Shown here: in pieces, positions 1 through 10,306 of the stretch
Layout of the letters: each line of letters begins with the position of its first letter
Position numbering within the stretch: the stretch's first letter is position 1
Source of the DNA: a bacterium
GTDB lineage: Bacteria > UBA8248
NCBI GenBank assembly: GCA_965202625.1
Contig: CBDBBI010000010.1
Span: 512,001 to 576,000, forward strand
Length of the DNA stretch: 64,000 bases
Direction: 5' to 3'
Notes under the pieces: model-generated
What the model saw: only the letters and a program-made list of their open reading frames with translations
Told to the model about the DNA's origin: nothing
Databases searched by the model: none
Translations under genes and position numbers: made by a program

Positions 1-39
1 CTCTAGGCACATTTCTGTCGCCTGTGAAATTTTGCGTCC

Positions 40-324
40 ATGTCCATTGTTGGGCTTCTCACAGTCGACATTCAGATTCCTGAATGTCGCTCCCTAAAAG
101 CGAAGCGCAAGGTAGTCCAATCGGTAACGACGCGTTTGCGTCAGCGGTTCAATGTTTCTGTCGCCGAAGTCGATTTTCAGGATAAATGGCAAAGATGTCG
201 CATCGGCGTGAGTTTGGTAAGTAATGATACGCGACTCGTAGACGGCCAATTGCGAAAAGCGCTGAACTTCCTCGAGGGAATGGGTCTCATAGTTTTGCTG
301 GATTATGATATTGAGATTTTTTGA
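40..324 (+). CDS. DUF503 (YlxP) family protein
   Basis: 94 aa with SLKAKRKVV...FNVSVAEVDFQDKWQR, the DUF503 signature; lies directly upstream of rbfA. Confidence 0.9.
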   Translation: MSIVGLLTVDIQIPECRSLKAKRKVVQSVTTRLRQRFNVSVAEVDFQDKWQRCRIGVSLVSNDTRLVDGQLRKALNFLEGMGLIVLLDYDIEIF

Positions 325-350
325 TTTTCAGGAGAACGAGCGAAAAAAAA

Positions 351-710
351 ATGAGTCATTCTCGCATGTTGCGTGTGGCGGAACTCATACAGTCGGAATT
401 GGCGAATCTGGTGATGAGAGATGTGAAAGATCCGCGCGTACGGCATGTTGTGATTACGCGAGTAGAAGTGTCTCCTGATTTGACGTCTGCGAGAGTATCT
501 TTCAGCCGTTACGGTGAAAATCAGGGAAACTCCGAAGAGATGGAAGAGGGGAGAAAAGGTCTCCAAAGCGCGAGCGGTTTCTTGCAAAGGAAACTTGCCG
601 AGCGATTGGAATTGAGAAGTACGCCAAGGCTGAAATTTTTCGCTGATCATGGTTTAGCGCATAGCTATGAAATGGAGCGTTTATTGTCTGAGGTGAATAA
701 ACGAGGTTAA
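351..710 (+). CDS. rbfA: 30S ribosome-binding factor A
   Basis: RVAELIQSEL...VKDPRV...ITRVEVSPDL...LRSTPRLKF; start moved to ATG 351. Confidence 0.95.
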   Translation: MSHSRMLRVAELIQSELANLVMRDVKDPRVRHVVITRVEVSPDLTSARVSFSRYGENQGNSEEMEEGRKGLQSASGFLQRKLAERLELRSTPRLKFFADHGLAHSYEMERLLSEVNKRG

Positions 711-720
711 GGAAGGAGGA

Positions 721-1650
721 ATGTTGGCGCTCTCGGGAGTGGTAAACCTCAAAAAAAAACATGGCCCCACTTCGCACGATATGGTCGATGAGGTGAGGAG
801 ACTTCTTCCTAGAAAAACGAAAGTGGGTCACGCAGGGACACTTGACCCTATGGCCGAAGGCGTTTTGCCGATTTGCATTGGTAATTCGACAAAATTGTTT
901 TCATATTTTTTAGAGTGCCGAAAAACGTATCGGGCCGTTATGCTGTTTGGACGTGTGACGGATACCTTGGACATTACGGGAAAATTGTTGGATGAGTCGG
1001 ACCCGGGCGATATCACTTTCTCTCAAGCCAGAGAGCTTCTGAGCGCTGTGCAGGGAAAGACCACGCAGCTACCGCCGATGTATTCCGCTTTAAAAGTCGA
1101 TGGAAAACGCTTACATGAGTTTGCGCGTTCGGGCCGGGAAGTTGAAAGAGAGAAACGGATTATCGAGGTATTTCAAATAGAAGCGGTCAAAATTGATGGT
1201 CCACAACTTACCTTTGACGTCACGTGTTCTCGGGGAACGTATATTCGCTCCATTTGTCATGATATTGGCGCCACGCAAGGTTCTGGTGGATGCCTACAAG
1301 CGCTTACGCGCACTGCTTTGGGCCCGTTTGCGCTTGAGGATTCAGTTCCGATCGGAGAAGTGCGGAATTACGTGAAAGACGGGCGACTCGGAGAGATTCT
1401 CATAAGTCCGGTCCAGGCTCTCGCGCATTTACCCGCCGTCTTTGTGCATCCGAGAGCAAAGGTGAGGGTATTGAATGGCGCGCCAATTAGGTTGGAAGAT
1501 GTGCAACAGGGGGTTGATTTGCCTGTAGGTACTCGTGTCCGTATGCTGAGCGAACCGGGAGATTTGTTGGCGGTTGGAAAGATGCTCTATAAAGATAAAC
1601 AGAAACGAAACGAGAGGTTTGTGGCACCTGAAAAAGTATTTGGTCCCTAG
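721..1650 (+). CDS. truB: tRNA pseudouridine(55) synthase
   Basis: KVGHAGTLDPMAEGVL, PPMYSALK and CSRGTYIRS motifs; RBS GGAGG upstream. Confidence 0.97.
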   Translation: MLALSGVVNLKKKHGPTSHDMVDEVRRLLPRKTKVGHAGTLDPMAEGVLPICIGNSTKLFSYFLECRKTYRAVMLFGRVTDTLDITGKLLDESDPGDITFSQARELLSAVQGKTTQLPPMYSALKVDGKRLHEFARSGREVEREKRIIEVFQIEAVKIDGPQLTFDVTCSRGTYIRSICHDIGATQGSGGCLQALTRTALGPFALEDSVPIGEVRNYVKDGRLGEILISPVQALAHLPAVFVHPRAKVRVLNGAPIRLEDVQQGVDLPVGTRVRMLSEPGDLLAVGKMLYKDKQKRNERFVAPEKVFGP

Positions 1651-1677
1651 AAGCGCGCGGGGAGGATGTGCCTCGTA

Positions 1678-1706
1678 TTTACATTGATGAAAAAGTTGTA
1701 TAGAAT
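1678..1706 (+). promoter_or_regulatory. sigma70-type promoter for rpsO-pnp
   Basis: TTTACA (1678-1683), 17-nt spacer, TAGAAT (1701-1706). Confidence 0.6.
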
Positions 1707-1785
1707 TTGCCTGTTTTCAAGATGAATGCGTGAATGAGTCCCGGGGGACGGGGCGACATTCCAAGAAGTGGAGGAAGTAAAGGAA

Positions 1786-2055
1786 ATGCCTTTAGTGAAG
1801 GCGAAAAAATCGGAAGTTATAGAAAAGTTCCGGACGCATGATACCGACACTGGTTCTCCAGAAGTGCAAGTAGCTATTTTAACCGAGCGGATTATCTACC
1901 TTACAGCGCACTTCAAGACCCACAAGAAAGATCATCACTCCCGAAGAGGGTTACTGAAACTCGTGGGTCAGCGGCGTCGCCTTCTTGATTATCTGAAAGA
2001 GAAGGAAATTAACCGCTACCGTACGATCATTCAGGAACTCGGCCTGCGCCGCTAG
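1786..2055 (+). CDS. rpsO: 30S ribosomal protein S15
   Basis: [13 protein letters not shown]...[22 protein letters not shown]; ATG at 1786. Confidence 0.98.
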   Translation: MPLVKAKKSEVIEKFRTHDTDTGSPEVQVAILTERIIYLTAHFKTHKKDHHSRRGLLKLVGQRRRLLDYLKEKEINRYRTIIQELGLRR

Positions 2056-2087
2056 GCGGTGCCCCTTCCCCAGAGGGAAGTAATCAC

Positions 2088-4223
2088 ATGCCATTATATC
2101 GCAAAGACACGTCTATAAATGGTTATACCCTCGCCTTTGAAACGGGTGAGATCGCCAAGCAAGCCGGTGGCGCCGTCATGATGCACTATGGAGAAACTGG
2201 CGTGCTCTGTACCGCTTGCGCCTCGTTTTCTTCTCGTGAGGGGATAGACTTTTTCCCGCTTACCGTTGATTATCGAGAGTTTTTCTACGCAGCCGGAATT
2301 ATTCCGGGCAACTTCTTTCGGCGAGAAGCAAGGCCCGGCGAGAGAGAAATATTAACTTGTCGTTTGATCGATAGGCCTATCCGACCTCTTTTTCCAAAAG
2401 AATTTCGCTGTGAGACGATGATCCAGGTGATGGTCATGTCTTATGACAAGTTGAATGATTCCGACATCTTAGCGCTCAATGGCGCTTCCGCCGCCCTCCA
2501 TATTTCGGACATCCCTTTTGCTGGCCCAATCGGCGCCGTTCGCGTCGGAAGAGTCGATGGAAAGATTATTGTCAACCCCACGGTCGAGCAGCAAATTGAC
2601 AGCGACGTAAATTGTGTGATGGCCGGAACGTCAGACGCGATAGTCATGGTGGAAGCCGGTAGTTTTGAAGTTTCCGAAGATGTGTATATGGAAGTATTTG
2701 AAAAAGGTCATTCGGTGATCCGGGATCTGTGTGCTTTACAGGATGACTTGAGGGCGGAATGTGGAAAAGCAAAGCGATCGATAGAGCCTGAGGAAGAAGA
2801 TGCGGAACTGCTTGAAAAGGTTCGTGAAATTGTTGTTCCCAAATTGAAAGCGGCCGCTGAAGTTCACGACAAAGCGGGGCAATACGACGCGATTGATGAA
2901 GCGAAATCTGCTGCCGTCGATTCTCTTTGTCTATCCGGGGAAGGAGTGCCAGCTAAGGAAGTGGTTTCGGATTATTTCGGCAAGATCGAAAAAGAGGTAT
3001 TCCGCGGTTTGATTCTGGATGAGGGAAAACGTGCGGATGGTCGGTCACTTCGTGACGTCAGACCAATTACTATCCGGATGTCGCCGCTTGCCAGACCTCA
3101 TGGCAGCGCGTTGTTTACGCGAGGTGAAACCCAGGCGTTTGTGACGGTAACCCTCGGCACTGCTTCTGAAGCACAACTGATAGACACATTAGATGGCAAG
3201 GCCGATAGGACTTTTCTGTTGCACTATAATTTCCCCGGATTCAGCGTTGGTGAAGCGAAGCCAAATCGAGGCCCCGGTCGCCGGGAAATTGGTCATGGCG
3301 CGCTTGCTTCTCGCGCTGTACAGGCGATATTGCCTGAACATGAAGATTTCCCCTATACGATTCGGGTGGTTTCAGACATTACGGAGAGCAATGGCAGCTC
3401 ATCCATGGCGACCATATGTGGCGCAAGCTTGGCTTTAATGAAAGCGGGTGTGCCGATAACATCCCCTGTGGCCGGCATCGCTATGGGGCTGATTAGCGAA
3501 CAATCCACAGGAAGAACGGCGATACTCACCGATATTCTGGGCTTGGAAGATCATTTGGGTGATATGGACTTCAAAGTGGGTGGTACACGCCATGGCATTA
3601 CTGCGCTTCAGATGGACATCAAGATTAAGGGACTTCAATTGAGCCTCGTAAGAGATGCTCTTGCGCAAGCGAACGATGCGCGAATGTACGTGCTTGATCA
3701 GATGGATAAGGTGATCTCCCAGCCGAACGAGGAGATATCTCCTTATGCGCCGAGAATTATGACGATGCAGATCTCCAAGGATCGCGTGAGAGATGTGATT
3801 GGACCGGGTGGAAAAGTGATTCGCGGCATTGTCGAGGAAACGGGGGCGGATGTAGATATTGAGGATGATGGCACCATCTTTATCTCGTCTACGGATGAAG
3901 CGGCAGCCCTTAGGGCGAAAGAGATTATTCGCGAACTCACTCAAGAAGCCGAGAAGGACAAGATTTATTATGGGACGGTGAGAAAAATTATGGACTTCGG
4001 AGCGTTTGTCGAGATATTCCCGGGGACGGATGGCCTTTGTCACATCAGCATGATCTCGAAGCGGAGGATTGGCTCCGTGAGCAACGTCTTAAAGGAGGGC
4101 CAGAAAATTCTTGTAAAATGCGTAGAGGTGGAAGGAAACGGCAGAATTCGCCTTTCAATGAAGGATGTGCGCGAAGATGAATTGCCCGAGGAATGGAAGC
4201 AATTCTATGCCCCGGTGGTCTGA
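2088..4223 (+). CDS. pnp: Polyribonucleotide nucleotidyltransferase
   Basis: Two RNase PH domains (FFPLTVDY, RREIGHG, ESNGSSSMA, GDMDFKV) plus KH and S1 domains. Confidence 0.98.
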   Translation: MPLYRKDTSINGYTLAFETGEIAKQAGGAVMMHYGETGVLCTACASFSSREGIDFFPLTVDYREFFYAAGIIPGNFFRREARPGEREILTCRLIDRPIRPLFPKEFRCETMIQVMVMSYDKLNDSDILALNGASAALHISDIPFAGPIGAVRVGRVDGKIIVNPTVEQQIDSDVNCVMAGTSDAIVMVEAGSFEVSEDVYMEVFEKGHSVIRDLCALQDDLRAECGKAKRSIEPEEEDAELLEKVREIVVPKLKAAAEVHDKAGQYDAIDEAKSAAVDSLCLSGEGVPAKEVVSDYFGKIEKEVFRGLILDEGKRADGRSLRDVRPITIRMSPLARPHGSALFTRGETQAFVTVTLGTASEAQLIDTLDGKADRTFLLHYNFPGFSVGEAKPNRGPGRREIGHGALASRAVQAILPEHEDFPYTIRVVSDITESNGSSSMATICGASLALMKAGVPITSPVAGIAMGLISEQSTGRTAILTDILGLEDHLGDMDFKVGGTRHGITALQMDIKIKGLQLSLVRDALAQANDARMYVLDQMDKVISQPNEEISPYAPRIMTMQISKDRVRDVIGPGGKVIRGIVEETGADVDIEDDGTIFISSTDEAAALRAKEIIRELTQEAEKDKIYYGTVRKIMDFGAFVEIFPGTDGLCHISMISKRRIGSVSNVLKEGQKILVKCVEVEGNGRIRLSMKDVREDELPEEWKQFYAPVV

Positions 4224-4250
4224 GGAAGCGAAATCTGAGGATATATGCGG

Positions 4251-4278
4251 CCGGCCTCTTGCGTGAGGCCGGTTTTTT
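4251..4278 (+). terminator. Intrinsic terminator after pnp
   Basis: CCGGCCTC-ttgcgt-GAGGCCGG 8-bp stem followed by TTTTTT. Confidence 0.85.
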
Positions 4279-4352
4279 ATTTATAGGCGGCGCATTCGTT
4301 TTCTATGATGACAGTGAATCGCCACACGGCCTCATATATTCCGAGGGTGGAA

Positions 4353-5441
4353 ATGAATAAAAAATCGTTGGGCGTAGGCGTTGTCGGCTCTGGCAGGATC
4401 GGAACGTTGCGAGCCAATTTGGTCTCCCAACATCCATCTCTAGGATTTTTGGCCGTATCGGACCTCGATCCGAATCGGGCGAAAGAACTAGGAAAAAAAG
4501 TAGGGGCGCAACTCGCTACCGGTAGGAACGAGGAGATAATAGAACACCCAGATGTCACCACGGTCATTGTGTCCACGCCTGAGCATGAGCACGCGAATTC
4601 CATCATACACGCCTTAGAATTAGGCAAACCTGTTTTGGTTGAAAAGCCGATCTCCCTAACGCTGGAGGATGCCGATCGCATCCTCTCTGTAGCCAAGAGG
4701 ACGGAAACGGAACTCAGGGTGGGTTACGCCCAGCGATTCAAGCGTCGCTACCAGATGGCGAAAGAGCAAATTATTCAGGGGAGATTAGGAGAAATTCTGG
4801 CGGGCATGGGCCGAACCTGTAATACTCGCGCTCAAGGACTACAGATCCTCCAGCGTTCTCCCCACGCCACGCCAGTGCTTGACGTCCTCACTTATTGGGT
4901 GGACATGACCTGCTGGTTCATGCAGGGACATAGGCCGGTAGAAGTGGTCGCCCGTGGAAACGGCAAAATATATAAAAAATACGGGTATTCGGCGAACGAT
5001 GTCACTTGGTCCATAATCACGTTCAGCAATGGGGCTGTAATGAATCTGGGCGTTTTTTACGCTTTACCCGAGAAGTATCCTGCACTCGGTCAAAGTGTGA
5101 GGATGGAGATTTATGGTACGGATGGCGTTTTAATGCTTGATGAGGACCATAAGGATGAAATGCTGTATACGGACAAGGGAATTCCCCACACATACATACC
5201 GGATCATCGCATCAACACGGCGTTCTTGAGCAGTACGACACCCGGTGATTGGGCGGTGGGCAACTATTGGGGGCCTTTAGGTGATGAAACGAGAAGTTGG
5301 CTCGATCATGTCATCAACGGGCGACCCACGACCCATGCCACCGCGGAGGATGCGCGTCAAACCTTGGAGGTGACTATAGCGATGGAGCTCTCCTCCCAGA
5401 CGGGAGAGGCTGTGGGGCTGCCATTGGGCGAGGGATATTAA
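4353..5441 (+). CDS. Gfo/Idh/MocA family NAD(P)-dependent oxidoreductase
   Basis: GVVGSGRIG Rossmann motif, VLVEKP motif and VGYAQRF; start moved to ATG 4353. Confidence 0.9.
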   Translation: MNKKSLGVGVVGSGRIGTLRANLVSQHPSLGFLAVSDLDPNRAKELGKKVGAQLATGRNEEIIEHPDVTTVIVSTPEHEHANSIIHALELGKPVLVEKPISLTLEDADRILSVAKRTETELRVGYAQRFKRRYQMAKEQIIQGRLGEILAGMGRTCNTRAQGLQILQRSPHATPVLDVLTYWVDMTCWFMQGHRPVEVVARGNGKIYKKYGYSANDVTWSIITFSNGAVMNLGVFYALPEKYPALGQSVRMEIYGTDGVLMLDEDHKDEMLYTDKGIPHTYIPDHRINTAFLSSTTPGDWAVGNYWGPLGDETRSWLDHVINGRPTTHATAEDARQTLEVTIAMELSSQTGEAVGLPLGEGY

Positions 5442-5539
5442 AGAATGCGACCTATGGGCGAAGACGAAGATACTGCCTTTTCCTTTTGGAGCCAGTTGCA
5501 CACAATCACTTGACGATGTTTCGCTGTTTCCCACCCTTG

Positions 5540-6355
5540 TTAAATGCGCATAAGATCCTGGCCAAAAATAATTTTTCCTCTAAAGAACCGCGCCACCTCT
5601 TCTATGGCTTTCTCTTTGGGCACCATGGGTGGCGTAAGATGCGAAAGAACGAGGGTTTTTATATTTGCCTCCGTCGCGGTTTGGCCAACTTCTTCTGTTG
5701 TCGCATGATGGCCGGCGATGATTTTCGCCATGTGTTCTGTTTGCCCGAGCATCTCAACGATAGATTCCGGAATGCACGGGTGCATCATTAAAATGTCGGC
5801 GTCTCTTGCAAATGGTACCAGTTTGTCAGTTGGACTCCCATCGCTTGCGATGACGATGCTTATTCCTTCTGCTTCAAATCGATATGACAGGATATCGCCG
5901 ACATTCCCATGGTGCATGCATTTATCGGCATAGATTTTCAGTCCATCGATTGTGAGCACATTCTTGGGAAAGATGACGGTTGTCTTCAGGTCAAGTCCGG
6001 TTCTGGGTTTGCCTTCTTGTGCCCGAAGTTCAATATCATACTCATAGTAATGAAGCATTCGCGCAACGTGCTGCTCCACAGGTGTGGGACCAAGAACGTG
6101 CAGAGTTTCCGACGCCCCGAACAACCAGCGCGTGATGTAAAAATCGCCAAAGCCGGTGAAATGGTCTGAGTGAAAATGCGTAAAAAAAAGATGGTCGACC
6201 GATTGAAGCGGATAGCCCGCGGATACAATTTGACGTGGAACGTTCCTGCCCGCGTCCACGAGATAAAGCTTATCCCCAAGAGCAATTCCGTTCGCGTGCC
6301 CACTCGCTTCAGGATATGGCGGCGGCGAGCCCACGCCCAACAGGATGAGTTCCAT
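5540..6355 (-). CDS. MBL-fold metallo-hydrolase, RNase Z/AtsA (arylsulfatase)-like
   Basis: LLGVGSP, LVDAG, THFHSDH metal motif, HHAT and LVLSHL. Confidence 0.85.
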   Translation of the reverse strand: MELILLGVGSPPPYPEASGHANGIALGDKLYLVDAGRNVPRQIVSAGYPLQSVDHLFFTHFHSDHFTGFGDFYITRWLFGASETLHVLGPTPVEQHVARMLHYYEYDIELRAQEGKPRTGLDLKTTVIFPKNVLTIDGLKIYADKCMHHGNVGDILSYRFEAEGISIVIASDGSPTDKLVPFARDADILMMHPCIPESIVEMLGQTEHMAKIIAGHHATTEEVGQTATEANIKTLVLSHLTPPMVPKEKAIEEVARFFRGKIIFGQDLMRI

Positions 6356-6470
6356 ATGGCACCTCTATCGAAAAATATGGGTTGATAAGGAAGGCAGAAC
6401 CAAGGCGGAACCTCGATTAACAAATAAACTGACTTACTCGATATGTGCTCCGGACCGCCTCTTTGCTTGA

Positions 6471-7478
6471 CTATTGGACACCGTCGGGGATTTTATAGCC
6501 CTTTTCCTTCCAATACCTGGCCGCGCCAGGATGGATTTTGAGACCAATAGCGGCCATTTGATCGAGGGCGGGGGCTACTTTGAATCCTGATAGCCAGCCA
6601 CGGTGCACTTTGGGAAGAAATGCGCGCCCGCGTTTTGAAAAATTGATGCGCGCCACCTCATACACCACGGAAGGGGGAACATGCGCTCCTGCCGCCGTCC
6701 AGGCGGTGTAGCCCACTGTAGAAATATCTTCGGTGACGCCGTTGTATGAACCCGCTGGAATGTGGACGTTGAAATACGCTGGGCTGTCTTTGAGAAATTT
6801 CTTGAGCGTCTCGCCCGTAATCGGCAAGAGACGAATGGGAGCGGCGGCGGCCGCTTTGACGAACGCAGGCCCTGGGACGGGCAGGGGGATGGAAAATGCT
6901 TGAATACGATTATCCTTCATCGCATCGGCCAAAGCCCCAAAGGTCATGTATTCTCGCCGCACTTTCAGATCGGCATGCTTTATCAGACGGTCCGTCATAA
7001 AATGGGCATTCCCTCCTTTGCGGCCAGAGCTGATTGCTTTCCCATTGAGAGATTGTAAGGATCGAATGTCGGAGCTATGAAACGTAGCCATCTGGAACAT
7101 GGAGACTGTAGCAGGACCGATACCGCGAAGGTTCTTGTGTTTTTTCTTATAAGGTTTTTTTCCCTTCAAAGCGCGTAGAACGAGCCCGGCGACACCAAGC
7201 CCAAAATCCGCTTTTTCAGCTTCTATAAGGCGTAGATCCTCAACGGCGCCGCGGGTGGTCTTGTTCGACATCTGGACAAATTTCGAGTTCTCTGACACCA
7301 GGGCGGCCAAACCCCCATACATGACGTAGATGCTCGTCCCAGGGCCGGAACCCACAACGGACACATAGGTAGGAGCGGCTGAAAAGGACAAGTTCGTCAA
7401 AAATGAAAATGAAATGACTATGGCAGCCACGACGGATACAATTCGCACGTTTCTCATTTTGAGCTCCTGAGGAGTCAT
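6471..7478 (-). CDS. TAXI family TRAP transporter solute-binding protein
   Basis: Signal peptide, GSGPGTSIY, TTRGAVEDL and IHPGAARYWKE C-terminal motif. Confidence 0.88.
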   Translation of the reverse strand: MTPQELKMRNVRIVSVVAAIVISFSFLTNLSFSAAPTYVSVVGSGPGTSIYVMYGGLAALVSENSKFVQMSNKTTRGAVEDLRLIEAEKADFGLGVAGLVLRALKGKKPYKKKHKNLRGIGPATVSMFQMATFHSSDIRSLQSLNGKAISSGRKGGNAHFMTDRLIKHADLKVRREYMTFGALADAMKDNRIQAFSIPLPVPGPAFVKAAAAAPIRLLPITGETLKKFLKDSPAYFNVHIPAGSYNGVTEDISTVGYTAWTAAGAHVPPSVVYEVARINFSKRGRAFLPKVHRGWLSGFKVAPALDQMAAIGLKIHPGAARYWKEKGYKIPDGVQ

Positions 7479-7523
7479 ACAAAGGAATATTCGTTTCCAA
7501 AACGGCGCCCTGCTAAACTGGAT

Positions 7524-8519
7524 TCAATCCGCTAGCGCGGAGTAATCCTCTGTGTAGTTGGGGGCTGGAGTGGTTCCTTGTCCTTGAATGATGTGGATCT
7601 TGCCTTCCGTTTTGTCGGCGTTTCGAAAGCCTCGTTGCACCCCCGTGGGCACCCAGCAGGCGTCCCAGGGATCGAGAACGGCTTGTTGGAGTCTTCCACG
7701 CTCATCCGCCCAGTAGACAGCCCACCTACCTTCGAGCGGAATAAAAATTTCCTCGCACGGATGATCGTGAAGCGGCGCGCCTCGGCCATTGCCGCATTCT
7801 ACCATGGCGTATCCTATCTCTCCCTCGCATAGAGATGGCGGCGGGCCTTCATCCGTATCGCCGGATACGCCCCCGATGTAGCGCCTGAGAGAACGAACAC
7901 CCTCCGGAAGCTGCGCTTCGTGATAAACGTTCCAGTTGCGAGGGCATTCATGGAAGCGGACTAACTGGGTGGCTGGGTCATAGGTGGGCTTTTTGACGTA
8001 AGCCTCAGTAGGAGCGTCATCGGGCGAGCCTTCTCGCAATGATTCGGGATAAAGAGGATATTGGTAGTCTCCCTGGCCGTGGATAAAATGAATGAACCCA
8101 TCGTCTGCTCCAACATTTCTGAACCCACGCATGATGCCCGATGGGATGCGGATGAGATCGTATTTGCCAAGTATGACGCTTCTCGGGCTTTTGGTTTTCA
8201 CGTCTTCCCAGAATATTTCGAATTCGCCTTCCCAAACCATGAAAATCTCTTCATCAGGATGATCGTGAAGCGGCGCGCCGTTTTGAGGAGCCGCCATTGC
8301 GACGCCACAGGAGAATTCCCAACCAGGGAGAGGGGAGCGGAGATTTCGCCCAGAAATACCGCCAATATATCTGTAAATTGCCCGGTGGTTCCCCTCAATA
8401 TGAGATTCGTGATACTCACCCCAATCAGGAATCAATTCGCTAAAACGGATTACCGTAACTGGCGCCACCGTAGTTTTCGACCGCAGCATTCGCTGGGCCG
8501 AAATTTTGGTCATATTCAC
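7524..8519 (-). CDS. Tandem (bi-)cupin protein
   Basis: Two homologous halves, each with RYIGG, GAPLHDHPxEEIF and PxGxxRGFRN. Confidence 0.85.
   Translation of the reverse strand: MNMTKISAQRMLRSKTTVAPVTVIRFSELIPDWGEYHESHIEGNHRAIYRYIGGISGRNLRSPLPGWEFSCGVAMAAPQNGAPLHDHPDEEIFMVWEGEFEIFWEDVKTKSPRSVILGKYDLIRIPSGIMRGFRNVGADDGFIHFIHGQGDYQYPLYPESLREGSPDDAPTEAYVKKPTYDPATQLVRFHECPRNWNVYHEAQLPEGVRSLRRYIGGVSGDTDEGPPPSLCEGEIGYAMVECGNGRGAPLHDHPCEEIFIPLEGRWAVYWADERGRLQQAVLDPWDACWVPTGVQRGFRNADKTEGKIHIIQGQGTTPAPNYTEDYSALAD
7759..8279. repeat. 23-bp exact direct repeat within the cupin gene
   Basis: GGATGATCGTGAAGCGGCGCGCC at 7759-7781 and 8257-8279, encoding GAPLHDHP in both halves. Confidence 0.9.
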
Positions 8520-8687
8520 TTCTCATCCTCCCCCGATAGCGAGAATTGTCGTCCCATCAATTCCACCCTTATAATCAACGCCAAAATATCGGAGGCTCCA
8601 TTCTATCATCATCAGCGGTGTATTCATAATAGTACTTGCTTTCAGGAGGAGTGCCGAAGAGCGCTCTCGGACTACTGAGAGGCTCAT

Positions 8688-10179
8688 ATGATTCTACCAA
8701 TTAGGGTATACGCAATAAAGTTTGTCGTTTTAATGGCTTTCTCATCTTCAGCCTTCGCCCCAGCGGCGGATTTCGCTTTGGTGACTGGGAAAGTGCTCAC
8801 TGCCGACGCGAATTTTTCTATCCCAAAGGCGGTGGCCGTTCAGAGAGAGCGCATTTTTTCTGTAGGGAGCGAATATGAGATACACTGCCTAGTGAGTTCC
8901 AGAACAAAAATGATCGACCTGCAGGGAAAAACGCTCATCCCGGGCCTGATTCATAACCATGTTTACTTTGTCCGACATGCGTTGCGATGGGAGCATGAAG
9001 CGAGAATTCATGGGGTTACTTCACACCCAAAGGCGCTTTCCATCATTGCTGCTAAAGCGAAATCAATGAAACGCGGAGAGTGGGTTCTCACCCTTGGAGG
9101 ATGTAGCCCAGTCCAATTCCGCGATTAAGCCGGGACTGTTTACGAAAGCGGAGTTAGATAGGGCGGCCCCGAACAATCCAGTATTCATACAACAATCATA
9201 TTGACTTATGATTCAGAACAGCCTAGGGCTAAAAAAATGGGCATCAAAGCCAAATCGAAAGAACCGAGGGGCTGGCGCATAGCAAGGAGACGATTTTGGT
9301 AGTCCAACGGGCGTCATCTTTGGTCGTCGGGCCATTTTTCTATTCTGGCGTCATGATCTGCCAGAAATTACGCAAGAAAAAATCATATCTAGCCTCAAAG
9401 AACTGATGACCGACTTCAATCGTGTCGGTATTAACAGTTTACTTGAGTTGGGCGGTGGCGGGGTGCTGGATGAAACTTACATCACAATCAAGAGAAAATT
9501 GACGCGAAAATGATGGGTGAAATTGCGCTTGGGGAGAATATGTATGCGCCTATCCATGATTCTCCGTTTAGACCGTCTCGCGCCTCGAATGAGGATTATT
9601 ATGAATTCGCAAAAGTTTCCGAGGCGGCTGCCGAGTGAGGGTGGACGATTCACGAGCACACTTTTCGTGGTGCGACGATTATCCGTTATCTCGACATATT
9701 TGAGGCAATAAATCGAAGAAAAAAGATAACGAATTTGCGTTGGTCAATTCATCATGTGGACTTCATCTCGAGGAGAAATATCGACCGCGCAAGAGTACTT
9801 GGCATGACATTGGCTCTGCACAGCAAGAGATTACGATTTTGGATCCCTTGCTCAGGCCAAGACTAGGAAAGTGAGCCCTCTCACTGCCGCCGTTGAGAAC
9901 GGTGCAAAATAGCGGGGTCGTTTGGGTACTAGGGACGGATGCCGGAGTCGTAGCGCCTTATCCACCAATGCTCCCCCTGTGGTGGGCGTTGACAGGCAAG
10001 GATTTGAGCGAAAAAAGGGCGCTTTCCGAAGCGGAGACCGTTTCTAAAAAAATGCGCTCATCGCCCATACGAGATCGAACGCATATCTGTTTTTCAAGGA
10101 AAATGCGCTAGGCTCTATTGAGAAAGGCAAACTTGCCGATATCGTCGTGCTCGACTCGCTCTGTGTTTCAATGGTTTGA
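8688..10179 (+). pseudogene. Amidohydrolase 3 (YtcJ-like) pseudogene
   Basis: Fragments in changing frames: IDLQGKTLIPGLIHNHVY; FTKAELDRAAPNNPVF; DFNRVGI; LGTDAG...WWALTGK; NAYLFFKENALGSIEKGKLADIVVLD. Several stops and frameshifts. Confidence 0.88.
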
Positions 10180-10306
10180 TTGTGCTTTCGCTGTTGAAAA
10201 AATGAGAGAAACGTAGTTTGAAAACAAGAACCGGATAGAAGGCTCACGGCGTTGTAGTTATATTTTGGGTAAATACCAACGCTCATTTTTATCAGGAGGT
10301 GAGGGA

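Noticed and set aside
9126-9520. Stop-codon readthrough (Sec/Pyl) in the amidohydrolase
   Set aside because: Mixed TAA/TGA stops plus frameshifts indicate decay
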